A DNA stretch of 32,000 bases. It comes from Corynebacterium glutamicum ATCC 13032 (GTDB taxonomy: Bacteria > Actinomycetota > Actinomycetes > Mycobacteriales > Mycobacteriaceae). Where the stretch lies: assembly GCF_000011325.1 (NCBI RefSeq), contig NC_003450.3, positions 2,550,001 to 2,582,000 of the forward strand, written 5' to 3'. Shown here piece after piece: positions 16,346-24,777 of this stretch (positions within the stretch are counted from its first letter, which is position 1; each line of letters begins with the position of its first letter). The translations under genes and the position numbers were made by a program. Under the pieces are notes generated by a model. The model ran no database searches. It was given only the letters and a program-made list of their open reading frames with translations, and was not told the origin of the DNA.

Positions 16346-18949
16346 TTGACGTCCACTAATCTCACCCGACAGGAAGCTTCGGATCGTTCGAGGTTACTGA
16401 GTGTAGAAAACTATGACATTGCACTTGATCTCAACAACGGTGATGAGTTTTTTAGTTCCTCCACCGTTGTCAGCTTCACTGTCAGGAAGGCTGGCGATAC
16501 CTTTATTGATCTCCGCGCAGCAAGCGTTGAGGAGGTTCGCCTGGACAATGTGTCCATCAAAGATGAGGCTCTAACCCTTGGCAAGAACGGCTACGACGAG
16601 ACGTTCGGCATCGCCCTGAAGGGTCTTACTCCCGGCGCGCACACCTTGCGGGTAACGGCGTCTATCCCCTATTCCCGCACCGGTGAAGGCCTGCACCGCA
16701 TGGTGGATCCAGCAGACAATGAGGTGTATTTGTACACCCAGTTTGAGACCGCCGATGCCAAGCGTATGTTCGCGTGTTTCGATCAGCCAGACCTCAAGGC
16801 TACCTATGATCTGAACATCAAAACTCCTAAGGGTTGGAAGATCATTTCCAACTCTGAGCAGCAGGTTTCCACTCAGCACACTGATTACGATACCCACATT
16901 TCCCGAGTGGACTATCCCCTCTCCACCTACCTGATTGCGGTGTGCGCGGGTCGTTACCACGAGGTGTGCGATGTCTGGAAGGGTACGCTCACCCACCATG
17001 CAGAAACACCTGCCGATCAGCCAACTGAGCTGACTGTTCCGCTTGCTCTCTACTGCCGCAGTTCTTTGGCTAAAGATCTTGATGCGGTGCGTCTGTTTAC
17101 CGAAACGAAGCAGGGCTTTGATTGGTACCACCGCAACTTCGGTGTGGCGTACCCATTCGGCAAGTACGATCAGATCTTCGTCCCTGAATTTAATGCTGGC
17201 GCGATGGAGAACGCCGGCGCTGTCACCATCCGCGATGAGTACGTTTTTGCATCCAAGGCAACCCGTTACCGCTACGAGCGCCGCGCTGAAACCATCCTTC
17301 ACGAGCTCGCTCACATGTGGTTCGGTGACCTGGTGACCATGCAGTGGTGGGATGATCTGTGGCTCAACGAGTCCTTCGCCACTTGGTCCGCGGCAATTTC
17401 TCAGGCTGAGGAAACTGAATACAACACTGCATGGGTGACTTTCGCCAATGTGGAGAAGTCGTGGGCGTACCAGCAGGATCAGCTGCCTTCCACCCACCCG
17501 GTGTTCTCTGACGGATACGACATTGAGACTGTCGACCAGAACTTCGACGGCATCACCTACGCAAAGGGCGCCTCGGTGCTCAAGCAGCTGCAGGCATACG
17601 TTGGCCGTGAGGAATTCCTGGCAGGCGTACGCAGGCACTTTGCCAACCACGCATGGGGCAACGCCAGCTTTGATGATCTGCTCGGCGCCCTCGAGCAGTC
17701 CTCCGGCCGCGACCTCTCCGACTGGGCAAACCAGTGGCTCAAGACCACCGGCATCAACACCCTCGGCGCAAAGTTCACCACCGACAACGGCAAATACACC
17801 TCCTTCTCCGTCACCCAGACCGGCGCCGCGCCGGGTGCCGGTGAGCTGCGGACTCACCGCATCGCGGTGGGTCTTTATAAGCTTGTCGACGGATCCCTCA
17901 ACCGCTACGCACGAGTAGAACTTGACTGCAGTGGCGCGTCGACAAGCGTTGAAGAGATCGTTGGACTTGAGCAGGCTGACTTCGTGCTGGTCAACGATGA
18001 TGATCTGACGTATGCGCTGCTGGATCTGGATGATGATTCACGCAATTTTGTCATCGACAATATTGATAAGTTCAGCGACCCTATGCCTCGCACGCTGGTG
18101 TGGTCCGCTGCGTGGGAGATGACTCGCGCTGGTCAGATGAAGGCTCGTGATTTCATCGCGCTGGTTGCTCGTGGCGCTGCTGCGGAAACTGAAATTGCTG
18201 TGCTGGAGCGCATTCTCGCGCAGGCTACCTCTGCGCTGAAGAGCTACGCCGACCCAGCGTGGGCAGAAGCAACTGGAAATGACCTGCTGGCCGATGCTTT
18301 CCTTGAGGGTGCTCGCTCCGCAGAACCAGACTCCGACACTCAGTTGGCGTTCATTCAGGCTCTGGCAAAAGCAACGCTCAATGATGCTGCTGCCGATTAC
18401 TTCCGCGACATTCTTGCCGGCAACGTCGAAGGCCTGACCGTGGATCCTGACCTGCGTTGGTGGGCACTGACTGCGCTTATCGCCCGTGGTGACATCGAGG
18501 CTGTCGAAGATGCAATCGCCGCTGAACTTTCCCGCGACAACTCCAGTGCCTCCTTCCTCGCATCACTTCGAGCCGGTGCCGCTGTGAACACTGAAGAAGT
18601 GAAGGCTGCTGCATACAAGCATGTCACGGCAGTTGATAGTGGCCTATCCAACCTGGAGCTGCGCCACAAGATTGAAGGCCTCACATTCACTGGCTCTTCT
18701 GAACTGCTGCAAGCCTACAACGAGCAGTACTTCGAAATCCTTGATGATGTGTGGGCGAACTTCTCCGGCGAAATGGCACAGCAGATCGTCCTCGGACTGT
18801 TCCCTTCATGGAACGTTTCCGAAGAGGGTCTCAAGCGTACCGACGAGTTTCTTGATGGCGAACATGTCGCAGGCATCAAGCGAATTGTTTCCGAATCCCT
18901 CGACCGCACTGCCCGTGCTCTGCGCAACCGTGCGGCAGATGCTGCGTAA
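16346..18949 (+). CDS. pepN: Aminopeptidase N (M1 family)
   Basis: The 867-aa protein has the GAMEN motif (GAMENAG) and the HExxH-18-E zinc motif (HELAHMWFGDLVTMQWWDDLWLNESFA). The TTG start has AAGGAG upstream. Confidence 0.95.
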   Translation: MTSTNLTRQEASDRSRLLSVENYDIALDLNNGDEFFSSSTVVSFTVRKAGDTFIDLRAASVEEVRLDNVSIKDEALTLGKNGYDETFGIALKGLTPGAHTLRVTASIPYSRTGEGLHRMVDPADNEVYLYTQFETADAKRMFACFDQPDLKATYDLNIKTPKGWKIISNSEQQVSTQHTDYDTHISRVDYPLSTYLIAVCAGRYHEVCDVWKGTLTHHAETPADQPTELTVPLALYCRSSLAKDLDAVRLFTETKQGFDWYHRNFGVAYPFGKYDQIFVPEFNAGAMENAGAVTIRDEYVFASKATRYRYERRAETILHELAHMWFGDLVTMQWWDDLWLNESFATWSAAISQAEETEYNTAWVTFANVEKSWAYQQDQLPSTHPVFSDGYDIETVDQNFDGITYAKGASVLKQLQAYVGREEFLAGVRRHFANHAWGNASFDDLLGALEQSSGRDLSDWANQWLKTTGINTLGAKFTTDNGKYTSFSVTQTGAAPGAGELRTHRIAVGLYKLVDGSLNRYARVELDCSGASTSVEEIVGLEQADFVLVNDDDLTYALLDLDDDSRNFVIDNIDKFSDPMPRTLVWSAAWEMTRAGQMKARDFIALVARGAAAETEIAVLERILAQATSALKSYADPAWAEATGNDLLADAFLEGARSAEPDSDTQLAFIQALAKATLNDAAADYFRDILAGNVEGLTVDPDLRWWALTALIARGDIEAVEDAIAAELSRDNSSASFLASLRAGAAVNTEEVKAAAYKHVTAVDSGLSNLELRHKIEGLTFTGSSELLQAYNEQYFEILDDVWANFSGEMAQQIVLGLFPSWNVSEEGLKRTDEFLDGEHVAGIKRIVSESLDRTARALRNRAADAA

Positions 18950-18968
18950 GTAAAAGATTCTCAATCCC

Positions 18969-19016
18969 AAAAAATCCTGGCATGTTTGCATCACACGCAA
19001 TGTGCCAGGATTTTTT
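18969..19016 (+). terminator. Rho-independent terminator after pepN
   Basis: The 14-bp arms AAAAAATCCTGGCA / TGCCAGGATTTTTT have a partly paired interior. A T run follows. It starts 20 nt after the pepN stop. Confidence 0.8.
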
Positions 19017-19211
19017 GCATGGGAAAACAATGAACAAAACACAAAGCACCTTGACCAAATATGTCCGTTAGATGAAGTTCTACCGGCATCTAAGAATCGC
19101 CCAAGTTAACCTAAAACTCCTGTTCGAAATTGCCCAGACAGGTGTCCACCAACACTGCTACATTGCATTGGAGATCCAGAATCGATCACTCTACGACCAG
19201 GAAAAACTTTC

Positions 19212-20297
19212 ATGTCCATCGAGCAAGCAATCACTTCACTCTCCGCAAGAGTGCGGGAACTAAAGCCCATCATCGAGACTGAAGAAGCCACCAAAACCGC
19301 ACTGATCATCCCCTTTATCAGCAACGTTCTCGGCTACGACGTCACTGATCCTCGTGAAGTCATTCCGGAATACACTGCTGATGTTGGCGTCAAAAAGGGT
19401 GAGAAGGTCGACTTCGCTATCAAAACCGGCGATGATTTCCACTTCCTCATCGAATGCAAAAAGGTCGGCTCCCCACTCAGCCTCGATCACGCTAACCAGC
19501 TCGTCCGCTATTTCAATGTCACAGACACCGAATTTGCCATTCTCACCAACGGCGAAATCTACCAATTCTATGGACAACTCGATGCAGCCAACCGCATGGA
19601 TGCAAAACCATTCATGACCTTGGATTTGAACAATATTGATGCCCGTCAGTTCCCTCATTTGGAAATGTGTACCCGCAAGCATTTCAACCCACAAGCGCTA
19701 GCCGCCAACGCTGAAGAACTGAAGTACATTGCTGAATTGAAGAAAGTCATCGCGAATCAATTCCAAGAACCTGACGTAGAAATCGTCAAGATGCTTGCGG
19801 CGACAGTCACCACAAAGCGTATGACTGCACAAAATCTGGAATTCTTCACCCGCTTGGTTAATACTGCGTCTTCCCAGTTCCTCAAAGACGAGGTCAATCG
19901 TAGATTGCGCTCCGCCCAAGTCTTTGAGGATCCTGTCCAAACACAAGGTGCTGATGCAGAAACACCAGCAGAGGACGAAGCAGTAATCGAAGAAGTGGTT
20001 TCAGAAATCGTGACGACAGAAGAGGAAATCCACGGTCATTCAATTGTCCGTGCAATTTGCTGCTCAGAGGTATCGGCACAAGAAATCACCATGCGTGACG
20101 CAAAATCCTACTGCGCTATTCTCTTCCAAGACAACAACCGAAAGCCAATCGCCCGTTTCTACTTTGATCGCAAGATTCCACGCATCGGCATCTTCAATGC
20201 TGAAGGCGAGCAGGAACACTTTGATTTGGAATCCATCGAAGATATCTACAACCACGCTGATCTTCTGCATTCCCGCGTCGTAGCATTGAACGCTTAA
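19212..20297 (+). CDS. Solo HsdR-N-type PD-(D/E)xK nuclease-like protein (COG4748-like, predicted type IV restriction endonuclease family)
   Basis: The N-terminal ~130 aa fit the HSDR_N pattern: TEEATKTALIIPFISNVLGY, then EKVDFAI, FLIECKK, QLVRYF and FAILTNGEIYQFY. An acidic linker and a conserved-looking C-terminal module (SYCAILFQDNNRKPIARFYF) follow. No helicase, methylase or specificity partner is present in the window. Confidence 0.6.
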   Translation: MSIEQAITSLSARVRELKPIIETEEATKTALIIPFISNVLGYDVTDPREVIPEYTADVGVKKGEKVDFAIKTGDDFHFLIECKKVGSPLSLDHANQLVRYFNVTDTEFAILTNGEIYQFYGQLDAANRMDAKPFMTLDLNNIDARQFPHLEMCTRKHFNPQALAANAEELKYIAELKKVIANQFQEPDVEIVKMLAATVTTKRMTAQNLEFFTRLVNTASSQFLKDEVNRRLRSAQVFEDPVQTQGADAETPAEDEAVIEEVVSEIVTTEEEIHGHSIVRAICCSEVSAQEITMRDAKSYCAILFQDNNRKPIARFYFDRKIPRIGIFNAEGEQEHFDLESIEDIYNHADLLHSRVVALNA

Positions 20298-20306
20298 GTT
20301 CTGCCT

Positions 20307-21284
20307 TTAGTTCTGCAGTCGGTGTGCCACGGTCAGGCACACCTCTGCAGTCCATTTGCTGGAGTTGGCGAGGAATACCCACAACTGATGATCGTTTAAC
20401 CCTGCCGGTAGATCGATGCGTGCTTCGGCGAAAATACCCCACCTTGCGCCGTTTTCGATCTCTTCCGCAAATACTGTGACCAGTACATGTTCTTTCGAGT
20501 ACAGGTTGCACAGTCCAAGAAGTTCCTGAAGTTGCTTCTTGTTTTTGATTTTCACACCTGTACCGGAAGACACCGCTAGGGTTTTTCGATCGCTGCCGTT
20601 GTTGCCATCGGTCAACCATGCACTGACACGTTGACCCATATGCAGATACTCAACGAAGTCCTCCCCCATCTTGAGTTGATCCGCACCCATTAATTCGTAT
20701 TGTTGGTAGATACGATCCAAAGAAACCAGCGGGGTGGGTTCGTCAATCAGCCCGAAGGGATTGCCTTCTTTGAGTTGATCTTCAGAGAACTCGAAATCCA
20801 CATCTGGAGGAGTTGCGTTGAACTCTACGCGTTCAGGGGAAAACTTCGGCCAGATTTGTTCGCACCAAGACACGAAAGTCGTTGCCACATCATTCATGCA
20901 GTAGTGCACGAACTCTGCCGACTGTTCCCACGTTGCGCCGACGCTTGAGAAGAAGAATTCACGACCTCGCACAGTCATGTTCTTTGAATCAGCTTCATCT
21001 AAAACCACCTGCAGATCACGGGTTGGCCTGTTGAATTCATTAGCGGCCCGCAGGTACTCTGCCTGTTTCTTTGCAGGGACACAGCCATGCCACATGAAAT
21101 CAGCGACGATGCACAAGGTGACCGAATCCAAGTTGAAGTTCACGGTCAGCCCTGGGCGGCGCACTATAAGTTCCATACCGGAATCGGTCACCGCCATGTC
21201 ATGGTTGTAGCCCAGTGTCATAAGCGCCATTTGTACAGGTTTCATCCGCATGGATAGCAACGCATTATCAAGATTTTCGGTCAT
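20307..21284 (-). CDS. Hypothetical protein with two YbjN-like (T3SS-chaperone-fold) repeats
   Basis: ORF 20307..21461. I prefer ATG 21284 (MTENLDNALL) or 21320, because the first ~47-59 codons look non-protein-like. Two ~130-aa halves have the YbjN-like pattern by eye. The assignment needs an HMM check. Confidence 0.5.
   Translation of the reverse strand: MTENLDNALLSMRMKPVQMALMTLGYNHDMAVTDSGMELIVRRPGLTVNFNLDSVTLCIVADFMWHGCVPAKKQAEYLRAANEFNRPTRDLQVVLDEADSKNMTVRGREFFFSSVGATWEQSAEFVHYCMNDVATTFVSWCEQIWPKFSPERVEFNATPPDVDFEFSEDQLKEGNPFGLIDEPTPLVSLDRIYQQYELMGADQLKMGEDFVEYLHMGQRVSAWLTDGNNGSDRKTLAVSSGTGVKIKNKKQLQELLGLCNLYSKEHVLVTVFAEEIENGARWGIFAEARIDLPAGLNDHQLWVFLANSSKWTAEVCLTVAHRLQN
20313..20350 (+). 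terminator. Candidate terminator hairpin for the nuclease-like gene, embedded in the 3' coding end of the convergent gene
   Basis: CTGCAG-tc-GGTGTGCC-acggtca-GGCACACC-t-CTGCAG forms 6+8 bp of stem. It starts 16 nt after the stop at 20297. The U tract is weak (TCCATTTGC). Confidence 0.3.
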
Positions 21285-21510
21285 CGAAACTGTCACTTTC
21301 TTCACAAGGAGTCTGAGCATGCCAATTGGCTGATCGTTTTTAATCAATGAATTTTTTACAATTACCCGAGGGTAACACCAGAAATTCACTTGCGTTCGTT
21401 GAGGAAAGGAATGAAGGGATACCGCTCCTTTTCGGGGGTACAGCACTCCAGCAAGACTCATTCGGCTCAGTTAGAGTTCACCACAACGACTCAAAAAAGA
21501 AAGTGGCAGC

Positions 21511-22179
21511 ATGTCTACGATTCCTGATGTTTTCACCAGTGAAGTGTTCCCTGAAATCAGTGGCACCAAAGAATTCCGTGGCCTGACTTATATGTTCTTT
21601 GATCAATTCACTTTGCCCACCGCAGAACAGCTTGAGCAAGCTAAAGCAGCTGGCTGGTCACTGATCACCTGGGGATGGTGGAATAGCGACACCGATCTTG
21701 AGGATGTCGAATTGGAAGACATCACTAATGAAGGCGACAGCCTACCAAAACTCACGGATGAATTCGCTGTGTCTTCACTGAGCACCTTCGATCTAAATTC
21801 CCAAGGTCTGCCCAATGATGATCGTGAGCCGCAACCAATTGAAGAAGCCGACTCACTAGATGACATCTTCTCCGAGGAAGAGGGCTGGGGTCTAATGGCA
21901 ATCAATTGCCCGAATTGGCAAGTCCCAGCAGCGTGTGAATGGCTCGGCTGCATGAATGTTGGTGAACCATTTGAAATGTCACACGTACTTAGGGTGTGGC
22001 AGAACAGTTGGGGCGTCGAGGCCCTGGCTTTTGGTGGTGAAGAAGACGACGCGGATCTGCTGCTTCGAGTCCCTGAAGAAAGCGAAGAGCTACTGAAGGC
22101 TCTCGCAGTCGCTTCTGACCAAGTCACTACCTACAAGCATGAAGATCTGGGATTCTTAGCTAGTCTTTGGTTTGACTAA
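21511..22179 (+). CDS. Acidic hypothetical protein, C-terminal DUF4253-like domain
   Basis: The 222-aa protein has a very acidic middle. The C-terminal ~100 aa (ACEWLGCMNVGEPFEMSHVLRVWQNSWGVEALAFG ... FLASLWFD) resemble the DUF4253 pattern ending in W.FWWD, as I recall it. Confidence 0.5.
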   Translation: MSTIPDVFTSEVFPEISGTKEFRGLTYMFFDQFTLPTAEQLEQAKAAGWSLITWGWWNSDTDLEDVELEDITNEGDSLPKLTDEFAVSSLSTFDLNSQGLPNDDREPQPIEEADSLDDIFSEEEGWGLMAINCPNWQVPAACEWLGCMNVGEPFEMSHVLRVWQNSWGVEALAFGGEEDDADLLLRVPEESEELLKALAVASDQVTTYKHEDLGFLASLWFD

Positions 22180-22193
22180 CTACAATCAATGTC

Positions 22194-22352
22194 ATGACCA
22201 GCGGTGATCCAAAATTAATTACGCTTCGTTCCCGCAATAACAAAGTTGTCGAAATAACAGATGCCCGTGATCGTGCTTTCATTAAGCAGGCTGATGAGCT
22301 GATCGTGAAGATCGACAAACTGCTTGAGAGCAAAAGAAAAAAGTCCCGTTAA
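22194..22352 (+). CDS. Possible 52-aa small protein (not in supplied ORF track)
   Basis: The peptide is MTSGDPKLITLRSRNNKVVEITDARDRAFIKQADELIVKIDKLLESKRKKSR. The ATG lies 15 nt after the upstream stop. The sequence looks helical and charged. No SD is seen. Its stop overlaps the crtI2 stop (TTAA). Confidence 0.3.
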   Translation: MTSGDPKLITLRSRNNKVVEITDARDRAFIKQADELIVKIDKLLESKRKKSR

Positions 22353-23844
22353 GTCCGATCCACACTGTTGTCCCCGCGGAGACGCTTGAGCACGTTTTCT
22401 GCAGAGATCAAACACATAGATACGCCCACCCCTGGAACTGTGGTGTCACCTGCGTCATACAGGCCATCTACTTTGCGGGATTTGTTAGAACCCCTAAAGA
22501 ACGCCGATTGTGCCAGGGTGTGTGAGGGGCCAATGGACCCGCCGCTCCAGGAGTTGTATCGGTCTGCGAAGTCGGCAGGGCCGATGGTGCGCTGCACAAC
22601 AATGCGGCTTTCCAAACCATCAATGCCAGCCCATCGCCCAATTTGAGCCACTGCTGCTATTGCGATCCGGCCCACCATGTCAGATTCTTCTCCGTAAGCG
22701 GACCCGTGACCAATGGAGACATCGGCGGGTACTGGGACCAGGATGAAGAGGTTCTCGTGGCCTTCGGGTGCGGCATCGGAATCTGTTGCGGAGGTCTTGG
22801 AGATCTAGATGGATTCTGAAGCCGGGAATTCTGGGGTGGAGCCGTCGAAAACTTTGCGGAAATCTTCGTCCCAGTCGGAGGAAAAAGCAGGGTGTGCTCC
22901 CCCTTCACGCCTGCCAAAACCAGCACAGTACTGAGGCCGGGTTGTTTGTTCTTCCAGCTCGTCTCCGGCTTCGCGCACAACGAAGCAGGTAGGAGTTGGG
23001 TTTCGGTGTGGTGCTGATCAGCGCAGCTGATCACGATATCGGCTTCGATGAACTCTGAGCCGACTTGGACGCCTGTGGCGTTTCGGCCTTGGGTGGTGAT
23101 TGCGCTGACGGGGGTGCCGAGGTGGAGGACGGCGTCGTCGATAAGCGAAATTAGTGCCTTGATGAAGGCGGTGAAGCCGCCTCGGGGATAGGAGACGCCT
23201 TGGACGAGGTCGGTGTGGCTCATGAGGTGATAGAGCGCCGGGGTGTGCGAAGGGTCTGAGGAGAGGAAAACTGCGGGGTAGCTTAAGATTTGGCGCAGTT
23301 TTGTATCGCGGAATTGGGTGTTGACCTTGACTTTTAGCGAGGTCGACAGGCTTGCTAGAAGTTTGGGTAAAAGGCGCAGCATGCCGGGGCTTAAGTATGG
23401 GATGAAGTTGGTGAAGTTGGTGTAGAGGAAGCCGTCGATGGCCAGGTTGTAGACCTGTGTGGCGGAGTCGATATAGGTGCGCAGTTTGGCGCCGGCGCCG
23501 GGTTCGCGGGATTCGAAAAGCTCGGCCATCGCATCGATGTCGGAGGTGACGTCGATGAATTCGCCGTGGTCGTCGATGACGCGGTAGGCGGGTTCAAGTG
23601 GCACGAGGTCGAGGTGGTCGTCGATGGAGGTGCCGCAGAGCTTAAAGAAGTGGGACATGGCGTCGGGCATGAGGTACCAGCTGGGGCCGGTGTCCCAGCG
23701 GAAGCCGTCGAGTTCGAAGGTCCCGGCGCGGCCGCCGAGGTGCTCGTTTTGTTCGACGAGGTGGACTTCATATCCTTCGCGTAAGAGCAGTGCGGTGGTG
23801 GCTAGTCCTGCTAGTCCCCCGCCGATGACCACTGCTTTTGTCAT
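22349..23844 (-). pseudogene. crtI2: Phytoene desaturase crtI2, disrupted (frameshift plus in-frame stop)
   Basis: The N-terminal part (frame of ORF 22657..23967, true ATG at 23844, MTKAVVIGGGLAGLA Rossmann motif) loses CrtI similarity after ...LAGVKGEHTLLF. Shifting one base at the A5 run 22882..22886 restores SSDWDEDFRKVFDGSTPEFPASESI, followed by an in-frame TAG at 22805..22807. The CrtI C terminus (ORF 22349..22678) follows in that frame. Confidence 0.85.
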
Positions 23845-24704
23845 TTTTGAAACACTTCTTTCCACATTGCTTTGGTTGCCAGGCTGGCTTTTTTCATAGA
23901 CGGCACCCGAATCCGCCCGTTTTTTAAGTCTTCGAGGGACGCGGATTCCAGGTTGTCCACGAGGCAACCGTAGAGATCGGTCGCGGCGCGCACACCGGTT
24001 CGCGCGCCAAATGGCAGCAGCGGAATGCTCAGCCGGGCGGCATCCAAATCCTCTCGGATATCAGTAACGATCTCATCGCGCATTTCTTCGGTGAATACCG
24101 GCAAATAAGAACGGCCTAGGCCTTCGCGGTCTTCAGCTAGATCTCGCAGGAAATTTACCTTTTGAAATGCCGCACCCAAACGCCTGGCGCCGTGTTCCAT
24201 CGTGGCCCGATCCTGCGGGCTGGCAGTGGAATCTTGGAGGAAAATTTTCAAACACATCAACCCGATGACCTCAGCGGAGCCGTAAATGTACTCATCCAAC
24301 TGAGTCGGATCATAGGAGGTTTGGGAGAGATCGCGGCGCATGGAATCAAAAAACGCCACGATGTGAGCCTGCTCAAAACCACATTTGCGGGCGGTATTGC
24401 CAAACGCATGGATCACTGGATCGGTATGAAAAGGAACGGACAAACTGAGCAGAACCTGGCGTTCGTAATTGTCCAAAATCTCCGCAACGGCGTCCGGCGC
24501 ACACCCCGCGGCAGCAGCAGCGCCGTCCACAACCTCATCGGCCACTCGCACCATTGCGTACAATGCCTCAATATCGCGACGAATTTTCGGCGACAACAGC
24601 TTCGATGCCAGAGTAAAACTGGAGGAATAATGGGCGATTACCGTGGCCGTCGCCTTTGAGCTCATCGCATCAAAACGGCCCAAAAAATCTTGCTGATCAG
24701 CCAC
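23841..24704 (-). CDS. crtB2: Phytoene synthase
   Basis: Squalene/phytoene synthase family Asp-rich motifs are present (RVADEVVD, FLRDLAED). I prefer the GTG at 24704 because GAAGGAGG sits 5 nt upstream and it avoids overlap with the MFS gene. The stop overlaps the crtI2 ATG (ATGA). Confidence 0.85.
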   Translation of the reverse strand: MADQQDFLGRFDAMSSKATATVIAHYSSSFTLASKLLSPKIRRDIEALYAMVRVADEVVDGAAAAAGCAPDAVAEILDNYERQVLLSLSVPFHTDPVIHAFGNTARKCGFEQAHIVAFFDSMRRDLSQTSYDPTQLDEYIYGSAEVIGLMCLKIFLQDSTASPQDRATMEHGARRLGAAFQKVNFLRDLAEDREGLGRSYLPVFTEEMRDEIVTDIREDLDAARLSIPLLPFGARTGVRAATDLYGCLVDNLESASLEDLKNGRIRVPSMKKASLATKAMWKEVFQK

Positions 24705-24777
24705 ACTCGCCTCCTTCACAGGAAACTTTACCGCGAGAAATCCAGACAACCGAAAGGGACGCTTCTCGACGTCTCCC

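Noticed and set aside
16571-17857. A 428-aa minus-strand ORF antisense to pepN. Similar long antisense ORFs include 6980..8005 opposite tig, 2803..3252 and 3461..3952 opposite benK, 4272..4772 opposite benE, and 29867..30463 opposite a permease.
   Set aside because: These are shadow ORFs of strongly supported genes on the other strand. Their sequences are low-complexity and Leu/Arg/Gly/Val-rich, with no family resemblance. Such open antisense frames are typical of moderately GC-rich coding DNA.
19622-19631. The 10-mer GGATTTGAAC is shared between the nuclease-like gene and tRNA-Pro (8235..8244), and could in principle be an att-like repeat.
   Set aside because: It is only 10 nt and lies inside a coding frame (TLDLNNID). 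Hundreds of 10-mer pairs are expected by chance in 32 kb.
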